Sequence record: DRR723986_5794
Strand: one strand, 5' to 3'
Length of the DNA stretch: 20,000 bases
The position numbers and the translations under genes are program-made. Shown here one piece after another: positions 1-7,259 of the stretch (position 1 is its first letter; each line of letters starts with the position of its first letter). Under the pieces are notes generated by a model. The model saw only the letters and a program-made list of their open reading frames with translations, had not been told where the DNA came from and did no database searches.

Positions 1-834
1 TGAAAGGATTTTAGCATATTGCTCAATTGCTGACTTTTGATTTTCAGACAAACAGTTTTCCGCAGTTTTACTCATTAAAAAGTAAGATGCAGCCTGTGTT
101 GAGCAAACTTCCAATGCGTTACCAGCAAAGGCATTCATTTGAGCATATGAAATTTCAATTATTTCTTTGCCAACCTCCTCTAATTCCTTCTTTAACATAG
201 TTCGTTCAATAATATCAGGAACTGATTCGAGACAAACGATAGCAAATCGTTCGCCGACACTCATCATAACATTGGTATGATAGATTTGTCCGCCTTTGAG
301 GTCAACACTCTCAAAACTGACCGAGCGATAACCAATTTTTTGACATAACTGATTCAATAGCGTGATTGAAGTTCGCGGAGAAATTGCAGCAAAAGCAATT
401 TTATTTAGGTGATCAAACACAATTGAGCCTGTTCCTTCTAAAATCAAGCTACTATCTCTCAAATCAATTTGCTCCTCAAGCCTCAATTGTGACTTGACCC
501 AATTAATAATATCACTGCGGACCTCTTTCTTTCTATTTTCAGTTAGCATGGGATAAATCACTATGGCTCGATTCGGGATATGAGAGATCCAGTTATTAGG
601 AAAAACAGAATCTGGAAGCCCTGGCTCTATATCATCAAATACTTTTAGTTCAATGTTATTAGCCGCTATTTTAGCGACCATTTGATCAAACTCTTGCTGG
701 GCCAATTCATTAACATTTTCGGAAACCGATTGATTTTGAAAAGAATTAGATTCAGCAGTTTGATGATTAAAGCCAAATGACTTAGGCCTAACCATCATCA
801 TCAAATTTGGTATATTTGAACTAAATGATTTCAT
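1..834 (-). CDS. ctlX: Citrulline utilization hydrolase CtlX / amidinotransferase (arginine deiminase-related) family protein; 3' end lies outside the window
   Basis: Not in the ORF track; segments translated by hand. ATG at 834 gives MKSFSSNIPNLMMMVRPKSFGFNHQTAESNSFQ...PDSVFPNNWISH...LEGTGSIVFDH...IYHTNVMMSVG...FAGNALEV, all hallmark motifs of this family. The start and positions 1-180 are in the same frame. Alternative in-frame ATGs at 801/798/795. Confidence 0.88.
   Translation of the reverse strand, partial: MKSFSSNIPNLMMMVRPKSFGFNHQTAESNSFQNQSVSENVNELAQQEFDQMVAKIAANNIELKVFDDIEPGLPDSVFPNNWISHIPNRAIVIYPMLTENRKKEVRSDIINWVKSQLRLEEQIDLRDSSLILEGTGSIVFDHLNKIAFAAISPRTSITLLNQLCQKIGYRSVSFESVDLKGGQIYHTNVMMSVGERFAIVCLESVPDIIERTMLKKELEEVGKEIIEISYAQMNAFAGNALEVCSTQAASYFLMSKTAENCLSENQKSAIEQYAKILS
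811..818 (+). promoter_or_regulatory. Bacteroidota primary-sigma -7 element (TATATTTG) for the dipeptidase gene
   Basis: Exact match to TAnnTTTG, 17 nt upstream of ATG 836. No convincingly spaced -33 TTTG. Confidence 0.55.
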
Positions 835-835
835 T

Positions 836-1606
836 ATGCGAACGCTTTATATTATTCTGATTTCTTGTTTTATTCTAGCCTGCAAGGGCTCACAAAATAA
901 CGAAATCATTAGCAATAATGACTCAGATTCAATTATTCATTTAGCAGATTGTACAGCCACCATAGAAGAAATTGAAATTGAAGAACCTTATATAATTGAT
1001 ACCCTTGAGCAACGAATAATTGATGCCGGACTTGTGAACATCCAAGATATCGACTCAAGTATCCTAGTTGAACTGAGGTATTCTACCGAAAATAATTTTA
1101 TGGAGAAAGATGTCTATGGAGAAATGACACGTGCATACGCTCAATTAAACGTAGCGGAAGATCTTTCAAAAAGTCAATCATATCTAAAATCTATTGATTC
1201 TAACTTATCACTTCTCGTTTATGATGCCGTTAGGCCTCGTTCGGTGCAACAATACATGTGGGATATTTTAGATATGCCGATTAACGAAAAAACCAAATTT
1301 GTTTCTAATCCTAAAAATGGTTCAATTCATAATTATGGATGTGCAATTGACCTCACGATTTCAGATCTTGAAGGCAATCCACTAGATATGGGAGCGGGTT
1401 ATGATGATATTCGTAAAATCGCATATCCGAGATACGAGCAGGTCTATCTTGATTCTGGCTTATTAACACCTCAGCACATAGCAAATAGAGAACTTCTAAG
1501 AGACGTAATGAAAGCAGGAGGGTTCTGGAATATCCAAACTGAGTGGTGGCATTTTAATCGCTACAATCGATCAAAAGCGAAAGAATTATATGAGATTATA
1601 GAATAA
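836..1606 (+). CDS. D-Ala-D-Ala dipeptidase, peptidase M15D (VanX/DdpX family), predicted lipoprotein
   Basis: Motifs ELRYSTENNF, YDAVRP, SIHNYGCAIDLT (SxHxxGxAxD zinc motif), LDMG and EWWHF. N-terminal signal peptide with lipobox ILA-C. Confidence 0.9.
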   Translation: MRTLYIILISCFILACKGSQNNEIISNNDSDSIIHLADCTATIEEIEIEEPYIIDTLEQRIIDAGLVNIQDIDSSILVELRYSTENNFMEKDVYGEMTRAYAQLNVAEDLSKSQSYLKSIDSNLSLLVYDAVRPRSVQQYMWDILDMPINEKTKFVSNPKNGSIHNYGCAIDLTISDLEGNPLDMGAGYDDIRKIAYPRYEQVYLDSGLLTPQHIANRELLRDVMKAGGFWNIQTEWWHFNRYNRSKAKELYEIIE

Positions 1607-2119
1607 TTATTCTTCAGGTAAGCCTTCTTCTATCATTTCTATCTCTCCAAGATCCTCAACCATCATCCCGTCAATCACGTCACCATCATCACAAACAGCG
1701 GTTCCATCACATGTTGCCGCGGTATCTTCTTCAATCATACCTACGTCATCAATCATCCCAACAGGTTGTTCTATTTCGCCAACATCATGACCTGAGTTTG
1801 GTGATTCACAACCTGTAAATAAAGACATCCCGAAAACCATCAAACAAGCATATAAAAATTTGCTTCTCAATACTTTTGGCGCTTGATTTTCCCAAACATG
1901 ATAATTGGTATTCACCATATCCATTTGAGTTTTAGAGATGTGACCACAAGTTTTTTTACCGGCGTTCAATTGAAGGGTAACTCGAATTTCTTCTGGGGTC
2001 ATATTTGTAAAGTCAATAACATCAAATTGACACTTTCCACAATAAGCTCCTTTATCAGTCGGGGTCATCTTGCTCCAGTCTTCGGAGCAAGGATTTGGAA
2101 TTCCAATGGTTGATTTCAT
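1607..2119 (-). CDS. Hypothetical protein: N-terminal Cys4 domain, hydrophobic helix ending in a lipobox-like LFTGC, acidic repetitive tail
   Basis: IPNPCSEDWSKMTP...YCGKC...VIDFT...TCGH matches the N-terminal module I recognise from Bacteroidota TonB-C/CarboxypepD_reg-like fusion proteins. ATG start. Confidence 0.8.
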   Translation of the reverse strand: MKSTIGIPNPCSEDWSKMTPTDKGAYCGKCQFDVIDFTNMTPEEIRVTLQLNAGKKTCGHISKTQMDMVNTNYHVWENQAPKVLRSKFLYACLMVFGMSLFTGCESPNSGHDVGEIEQPVGMIDDVGMIEEDTAATCDGTAVCDDGDVIDGMMVEDLGEIEMIEEGLPEE

Positions 2120-2173
2120 AATAGTAATTTACTATTAATCCTGTTAAACACCAAAAGGTCACCCACTTAAAAC

Positions 2174-2206
2174 AAAAAAAGGGAACAATTTTTAATCGTT
2201 CCCTTT
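2174..2206 (-). terminator. Rho-independent terminator downstream of the large T9SS cargo gene
   Basis: Minus strand reads AAAGGGAACGATT-AAA-AATTGTTCCC-TTTTTTT: a stem with one G-U pair followed by a 7-U tract, 16 nt after the stop codon at 2223. Confidence 0.85.
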
Positions 2207-2222
2207 CTGAATGATTATTAAT

Positions 2223-5200
2223 TTATTTCAACACAGTTACATGCCCTCTTACTTCATGCAGTCTGTCGACACCTGACTCTTTGAATTCTATTTGCCAGAC
2301 ATAAACTCCGTCTTGCACAAGGCCTCCGTCACCATAATGACCGTTCCAACCTAGTTTATCGTTATAGGATTCGAAAACAATTTCACCCCAACGATTGAAA
2401 ATGGTTAAATGGAAATCATAAATATCATATCCAGAAGTAAATATTGGCTGAAAAGTTTCATTGAACTCATCTCCATCTGGAGTAAAGATATTCGGTACAT
2501 AATAAATTAATACATCTTGAATCGTAATTACTTGCTGATAGCTATCAACACAGCCGTTGTTATAAGCCCATAAAGTCACCAAATAATCACCAGCTACCGG
2601 AACGAATTCATGTGCTACATTTTCAGAAGTCGCATCAGGCGTTCCATCACCAAAATCCCAAACATAACTTGTTGCTTGATTTGATCCATTTGTGAAATCC
2701 ACTACAGTATTCTCAACGTCAATTATTTGGGGCGCAAAAGTAAATGCTGCAGTAGGTTGAGGATAAACTTCAATATAATTGCTTACCACAGTTGAACCCC
2801 AACATCCGTCATTTGAAGCCACTGTAAGCGTTACATCAAAAGTTCCGGCAGCATAAGTATTTGTAACAGGGCCACAATCATTTACACTATTTCCATCTCC
2901 AAAATCCCAAATACAATTTTGACTATTTGGCGTTTGATTTGTGAAAGTAACTGTTAGAGGTTCACAGCCAACTACTGTATCTGCAACAAACATTGGCACT
3001 GGATTATCATTTACAGTAATGTTTACCATTTCAGTTGGCCCAACACATCCTAGAGGTGAATTAGTGGTAGGATTCGGACCGTATGGAGTTACTGTAACAA
3101 CTGCTGTACCAGGTTGTCCAACAAATGGTCCGATATCTACTGCTCCCATCATACCAAATCCGACATCATTTCCAGAGTTTGACCATTGGAAATTAACACC
3201 AGCTGGCGTTCCAGTGAAACTTGGTACCACTAAATTATCTCCTTCACATCCTGTGATCGCTGCTATTGGATCAACAGTAGGTGTCGGATAATTGTCAATG
3301 ATAATTTGTCCTGCAATGGTATTTGAACAGCCTGTTACGTCATCAGTGATATCAACCAAATCATAAGTACCCAATCCACTGTTAAATACGTGATTATAAG
3401 GTGTCGCTCCACCAGGAATATTTTCAAAGGCCGCTCCTCCATTTAACAAATAATTTACTGTCCATGGTCCAGTACTGTTATTGACTGTAATGGTAGCGTC
3501 TGGAATAGGATCAGCTACACAAATTGTTGCTGAACCGGCAATACTCGCGTCTGGAACAGGGTTAATTGTAATATCGTCATCATACGACACTACTGGACAT
3601 GCACCAGAAGCTGGAATAGTATTCGTAATCGTATAAGTTCCAGGAGTACTCGCACTTAAATCAACCACACCAGTCGCGGCATTAATCGATAATCCAGCTG
3701 GCACGGCAGAAAACACTCCGCCAGATCCAGGTGCAGGAAAAGGAACGCCGGCATCATCTTGTACGAAATTAGGTGTAGGATCTAGATCGTTGGCACAATA
3801 AACTCCCAATGAAAAGTCCGCAATTAAACTATTTGTTATGACCATATTCAATGTAGAACTTGCCGTACAAGCCCCACCAGTTGTGTATGTAATATCGTAA
3901 GATCCTAGATTTGAAGTTGCTAAAACAACATCTCCTGTTGCCGTATTCATATCTAAAAATGGTCCTCCTGAAGTTGGAACATAAGAGAAGGTTCCGCCTG
4001 GGGTACCAGTAATTACTGCGTTAGGATCAGTACCTGATTGACAATAGGTCAATCCTCCAGGATAATTGAAATTCGGATCCTCAGTTGGATTCACTGTTAA
4101 AATAATGTCTATAGGCGTTCCTGTACAAGTACCAAGCGTAGGTGTAACTGTTACCGTTCCGACTTCTACTCCACCTGCAGTTGCTCCAGGGAAGGCAGCA
4201 ATATTACCGGCCCCTGCTGCTGCTAAACCAATATTGGTATTAGAATTCGTCCAATTAAAAGTAGTACCTGCCGTAGGGCTTGTAAAGTTTAAGGCTGTAA
4301 AATTAGCTCCCTCACAAACCGTTTCGTCAGGAAGCACATCAACAGTTGGAACCTCATTGATAGTAACCGTTACTGTAGAATCATCAAAACAAATTCCTGG
4401 AGTCGTGTAGGTTACTGTGTAAACACCAGGCGTTGATGTTGACGGCGTAATTTGTCCGTTAGCTGCGTTAATTGTTAGACCAGCCGGGGCAGACGTAAAA
4501 GTCCCTCCTGCTGTTCCTGAAATTGCCGGCATTGCCGCTGCATCATTGGTACACCAGTTATTCGGTGTATAACTAAATCCTGGATCTTCTAGAGGAGGGA
4601 AAGGTCCACCTGTCACGGTATAAGGGCAACCATTTGCATCCGTCACGTCAAATGACCACATTTCACCACCATTTAATCCAGTTACAACAATATCGCCACC
4701 ATGAGTAGCAGTTGTGTTTGCAAAACTTGCAGTTGCAGGTAGTAAGTTAGATGCCGTAAAGTTAGAACCGTCTAATTCAGGTACTCCCCCGTTAACTGTT
4801 ACAGTAGCTGTTCCGGCAATACAATCTTCAACAGTTGTACTTGTAAATTCTGGTAGATATTGTACTGGATAAGGAGCTCCCATTTGATAGCAAGGCAAGG
4901 TATTTCCTGTCACAAAACTTACCGTACCTGTGCTCATTCCATACATAGTAATTGGAACCCAATAAGCCGTATTATCTGTGAAGGTACCTGGTGGGTAAGA
5001 ATTGATAACCGCCATATCATTAATATCATTCAAACTCTGCGTATTAAATGCACCTAAGAAACATGGATCATCTGTCCATGGTAATAAAGTTGGATGCGGA
5101 GTTATTGCAACAGTTGGAGGGCATGAATACAAGAACCACCAAATTCCAGGATCGTATGGAGGAGGTGGAGCCTGCGGCGGCGCCGTAAATTGTTCATCAG

Positions 5201-6668
5201 GAGGAGTCATATCACCATTTGGGGTAATATCAATTTGGTCTCCAAAACAAAGCACCCAGTTATTCGCACTACCTCCCGTAATATTATCAGTAAATGTTCC
5301 TATTTGTGCATTACAAGCACAAGAAGTTGGTGCATTATACGGAATTGTAATTGAGCATGTAGGATCTGAAGTAAAGAAAACTGTTACGGTACTTGCAGCC
5401 CCGTCAGAAGGGATTCCTGAGATACTCCAGCTATATCCTGGTCCTACATAAGGTGGATTGATAATAGTGTCATAGGTGGTTGTACCATTGTCAACCTGAA
5501 CAATTAATTGGCCACCAGCTGGTGCTGAAGTGAATCCCAAGTTTCCAGAAATTGGATAAGTATCAGTTGGACCATCACAAAGACCTATGTTCGCCGTTAA
5601 CGAGTCCATGTTACATGGACAAGTTGGAGCTACGTAAGGAATCGTTTGTGTACATGCAGGATCGTTTGTGAAAGTCGCGGTAATATCACAACCCAAACCA
5701 TCTGGCGATTGCCCCGAAATTGTATAGTTTAATGGAGATACAAATGGCGCGTTAAACACATCTTGATTTCCATTACAGTCTTGCACTATTAATTGTCCAG
5801 CTGGTGGAGGCGTATTAAAAGTGATTGTACCAGTTGTTGTGTAATCTCCTGGAGCAGGGTTACAGGCGCCAACATTGGCTGTCATATTCGTAATAATACA
5901 AGATGTACAATTATTCACTGTAACAGGAATTACATCTTGAGATTGGCAAGGTGGTTGCCCTAAAGTATAAGTGATATTATGAACTCCAGGACCAGCAGTG
6001 GCCGGGTTGAAAACTCCACCAGCACTTACTCCAGTTCCTGTCCAAACTCCACCACCATTCACTGCGGTCATTTGCACACTAGGGTCTGTATCACAAAAAG
6101 GACCGATAGGAGTTATCGTTGGATCTCCAGGACCAGTTTGAGCACTGCCCGGTGTATTACTAAGTTCTAAGGTGAAATTATTCATTGCTGGATCCCAATC
6201 TTCTACCAGAATCATCAATACATCACCTGCATTTACAAAAGGGGCCGGTACTTCTGACAAACATCCCGGGAATGTTGATCCAAATTCACTACAGCCATCA
6301 CAACTGGATGCATAGTTACAGCTAATCTCTGTACCTATTCCTAAGGCAGCACAAGGATCGGCTGCACCAGTAATGTCAAAAATGGCCACATCTAAACAAC
6401 CGAATGGTTGATCTCCATTAATCAATAAGTTTAAAGGACCTGAAGACGTGATGTACAAGATGATATAAGCGTAATTTGGAGAACCCTGACCGTTATTGTA
6501 ATCCAGACATGATGAAGGATTTGGAGATGCAGGAGAAAATGTAAACGGCCCGGCAACACCAGGTGTACAAATTGAAATATTCGTATTACATTGACTGTTA
6601 GCTACATTAGCATAAAGAAAAACTAGTGCAAGCGCTAATGCCTTTAGAGCATTTCTAGTTGATTTCAT
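2223..6668 (-). CDS. Large secreted adhesin-like protein with Ig/PKD-like repeats, two PKD domains and a T9SS type B (gliding motility-associated, CHU_C) C-terminal sorting domain
   Basis: Signal peptide from ATG 6668 (MKSTRNALKALALALVFLYANVANS/Q); the 6701 start in the track is a TTG. Two WDFGDG PKD motifs. C-terminus YVPNIFTPDGD..N..F...IFNRWGEIVF...WNG...GVYVW...GHVTVLK. Confidence 0.92.
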   Translation of the reverse strand: MKSTRNALKALALALVFLYANVANSQCNTNISICTPGVAGPFTFSPASPNPSSCLDYNNGQGSPNYAYIILYITSSGPLNLLINGDQPFGCLDVAIFDITGAADPCAALGIGTEISCNYASSCDGCSEFGSTFPGCLSEVPAPFVNAGDVLMILVEDWDPAMNNFTLELSNTPGSAQTGPGDPTITPIGPFCDTDPSVQMTAVNGGGVWTGTGVSAGGVFNPATAGPGVHNITYTLGQPPCQSQDVIPVTVNNCTSCIITNMTANVGACNPAPGDYTTTGTITFNTPPPAGQLIVQDCNGNQDVFNAPFVSPLNYTISGQSPDGLGCDITATFTNDPACTQTIPYVAPTCPCNMDSLTANIGLCDGPTDTYPISGNLGFTSAPAGGQLIVQVDNGTTTYDTIINPPYVGPGYSWSISGIPSDGAASTVTVFFTSDPTCSITIPYNAPTSCACNAQIGTFTDNITGGSANNWVLCFGDQIDITPNGDMTPPDEQFTAPPQAPPPPYDPGIWWFLYSCPPTVAITPHPTLLPWTDDPCFLGAFNTQSLNDINDMAVINSYPPGTFTDNTAYWVPITMYGMSTGTVSFVTGNTLPCYQMGAPYPVQYLPEFTSTTVEDCIAGTATVTVNGGVPELDGSNFTASNLLPATASFANTTATHGGDIVVTGLNGGEMWSFDVTDANGCPYTVTGGPFPPLEDPGFSYTPNNWCTNDAAAMPAISGTAGGTFTSAPAGLTINAANGQITPSTSTPGVYTVTYTTPGICFDDSTVTVTINEVPTVDVLPDETVCEGANFTALNFTSPTAGTTFNWTNSNTNIGLAAAGAGNIAAFPGATAGGVEVGTVTVTPTLGTCTGTPIDIILTVNPTEDPNFNYPGGLTYCQSGTDPNAVITGTPGGTFSYVPTSGGPFLDMNTATGDVVLATSNLGSYDITYTTGGACTASSTLNMVITNSLIADFSLGVYCANDLDPTPNFVQDDAGVPFPAPGSGGVFSAVPAGLSINAATGVVDLSASTPGTYTITNTIPASGACPVVSYDDDITINPVPDASIAGSATICVADPIPDATITVNNSTGPWTVNYLLNGGAAFENIPGGATPYNHVFNSGLGTYDLVDITDDVTGCSNTIAGQIIIDNYPTPTVDPIAAITGCEGDNLVVPSFTGTPAGVNFQWSNSGNDVGFGMMGAVDIGPFVGQPGTAVVTVTPYGPNPTTNSPLGCVGPTEMVNITVNDNPVPMFVADTVVGCEPLTVTFTNQTPNSQNCIWDFGDGNSVNDCGPVTNTYAAGTFDVTLTVASNDGCWGSTVVSNYIEVYPQPTAAFTFAPQIIDVENTVVDFTNGSNQATSYVWDFGDGTPDATSENVAHEFVPVAGDYLVTLWAYNNGCVDSYQQVITIQDVLIYYVPNIFTPDGDEFNETFQPIFTSGYDIYDFHLTIFNRWGEIVFESYNDKLGWNGHYGDGGLVQDGVYVWQIEFKESGVDRLHEVRGHVTVLK
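3002..4590 (-). repeat. Interleaved Ig-like stalk repeats of two types
   Basis: Three copies of GG(T/V)F...P.GL.IN..(T/N)G......(P/L)G.Y.(I/V)T.T...C (the middle copy is more diverged) at about 4355-4590, 3835-4085 and 3565-3822. Two copies of PTVD......CEG......FT.......F.W.NS....G....G...I..F.G....VTVTP at about 4090-4350 and 3002-3282. Confidence 0.75.
5316..5900 (-). repeat. Two tandem Cys-flanked protein domain repeats of about 95-100 aa
   Basis: CIITNMTANVGAC...PPPAGQLIVQD...DG...TATFTNDPACTQTIPYVAPTCPC (5616-5900) aligns with CNMDSLTANIGLC...APAGGQLIVQVD...DG...TVFFTSDPTCSITIPYNAPTSCAC (5316-5615). Confidence 0.85.
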
Positions 6669-7002
6669 AATCGCTGTATTTAAATTTCTTAATGATTTCA
6701 AGTAAGTCAGAAGGTAGATGCTCTTTTGGCAAAACCAGTACTACTGCTTCGGTTACAGGATCAATCGTTAGGTCAATAATTATGGTATACGTATTCTTCA
6801 TTCGATCTATGAACAAAGGAACTTTGTATTCCGGATGGTGTAAATTAGAAACAAAGGTGTAGCTGACCTTGTCATTGATAATTTCTGATGAAATCGACAC
6901 AATTGGAAAATCATTTCCTGTTTGGGCAGACCCAGTTTGATTATCCTGCGCCAAACTGAATATCGGCAGAAACAGTAGTAAAACAATTAGGGACTTGGAC
7001 AT
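6655..7002 (-). CDS. Small exported hypothetical protein (Sec signal peptide), possible HMA/ferredoxin-like fold
   Basis: MSKSLIVLLLFLPIFSLA/Q signal peptide. Its stop codon overlaps the ATG 6668 start of the cargo gene by 14 nt. Confidence 0.8.
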   Translation of the reverse strand: MSKSLIVLLLFLPIFSLAQDNQTGSAQTGNDFPIVSISSEIINDKVSYTFVSNLHHPEYKVPLFIDRMKNTYTIIIDLTIDPVTEAVVLVLPKEHLPSDLLEIIKKFKYSDYEIN

Positions 7003-7059
7003 AATTTACAAATAGTTTAATTTTTAAAAATCAAACACGCATAGTGTTAACTTTTTATC

Positions 7060-7085
7060 AGACGAAAATTATTTACTAGGGTTGT
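7060..7085 (-). promoter_or_regulatory. Putative ECF sigma-factor promoter for the small protein + cargo operon
   Basis: Minus strand reads ACAACC-N15-CGTCT, i.e. AAC-N16-CGT, the general ECF -35/-10 signature. The -10 element ends 57 nt upstream of ATG 7002. Confidence 0.55.
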
Positions 7086-7259
7086 TAATATCAGAGATTA
7101 TCTCGTGAAAAGTTCGAAATTTATTTAAGCGGAATAAAAATTTAGATGAACGGAAAAAGAACTAAAACCTTCGTTCAATAACTGAAAATCAATAACTAAG
7201 ACATTCTAAACTCATCATTCTTGCTCTCACTCATGGAGAGAACAAGCCTTATGCACGCA

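Noticed and set aside
836-1606. Vancomycin-resistance locus
   Set aside because: Only a VanX-like peptidase is present; no vanA/vanH/vanRS, and the host is Gram-negative.
2941-6170. Several + strand ORFs (63-149 aa) antisense to the cargo gene
   Set aside because: Shadow ORFs. The Thr/Gly/Pro/Val-rich sense frame yields few antisense stop codons; they mostly have non-ATG starts and no protein motifs.
6669-6701. N-terminal extension MKSLRNLNTAI resembling the following MKSTRN (apparent start duplication)
   Set aside because: It begins at TTG and lies within the coding region of the upstream gene. ATG 6668 gives a normal signal peptide, and the similarity is short enough to be chance.
7220-7246. 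Imperfect hairpin CTTG-CTCTC...GAGAG-AA-CAAG just after the porU2 stop
   Set aside because: Bulged stem with no U-tract on the minus strand, so not supportable as an intrinsic terminator. Read-through into the cargo operon therefore remains possible.
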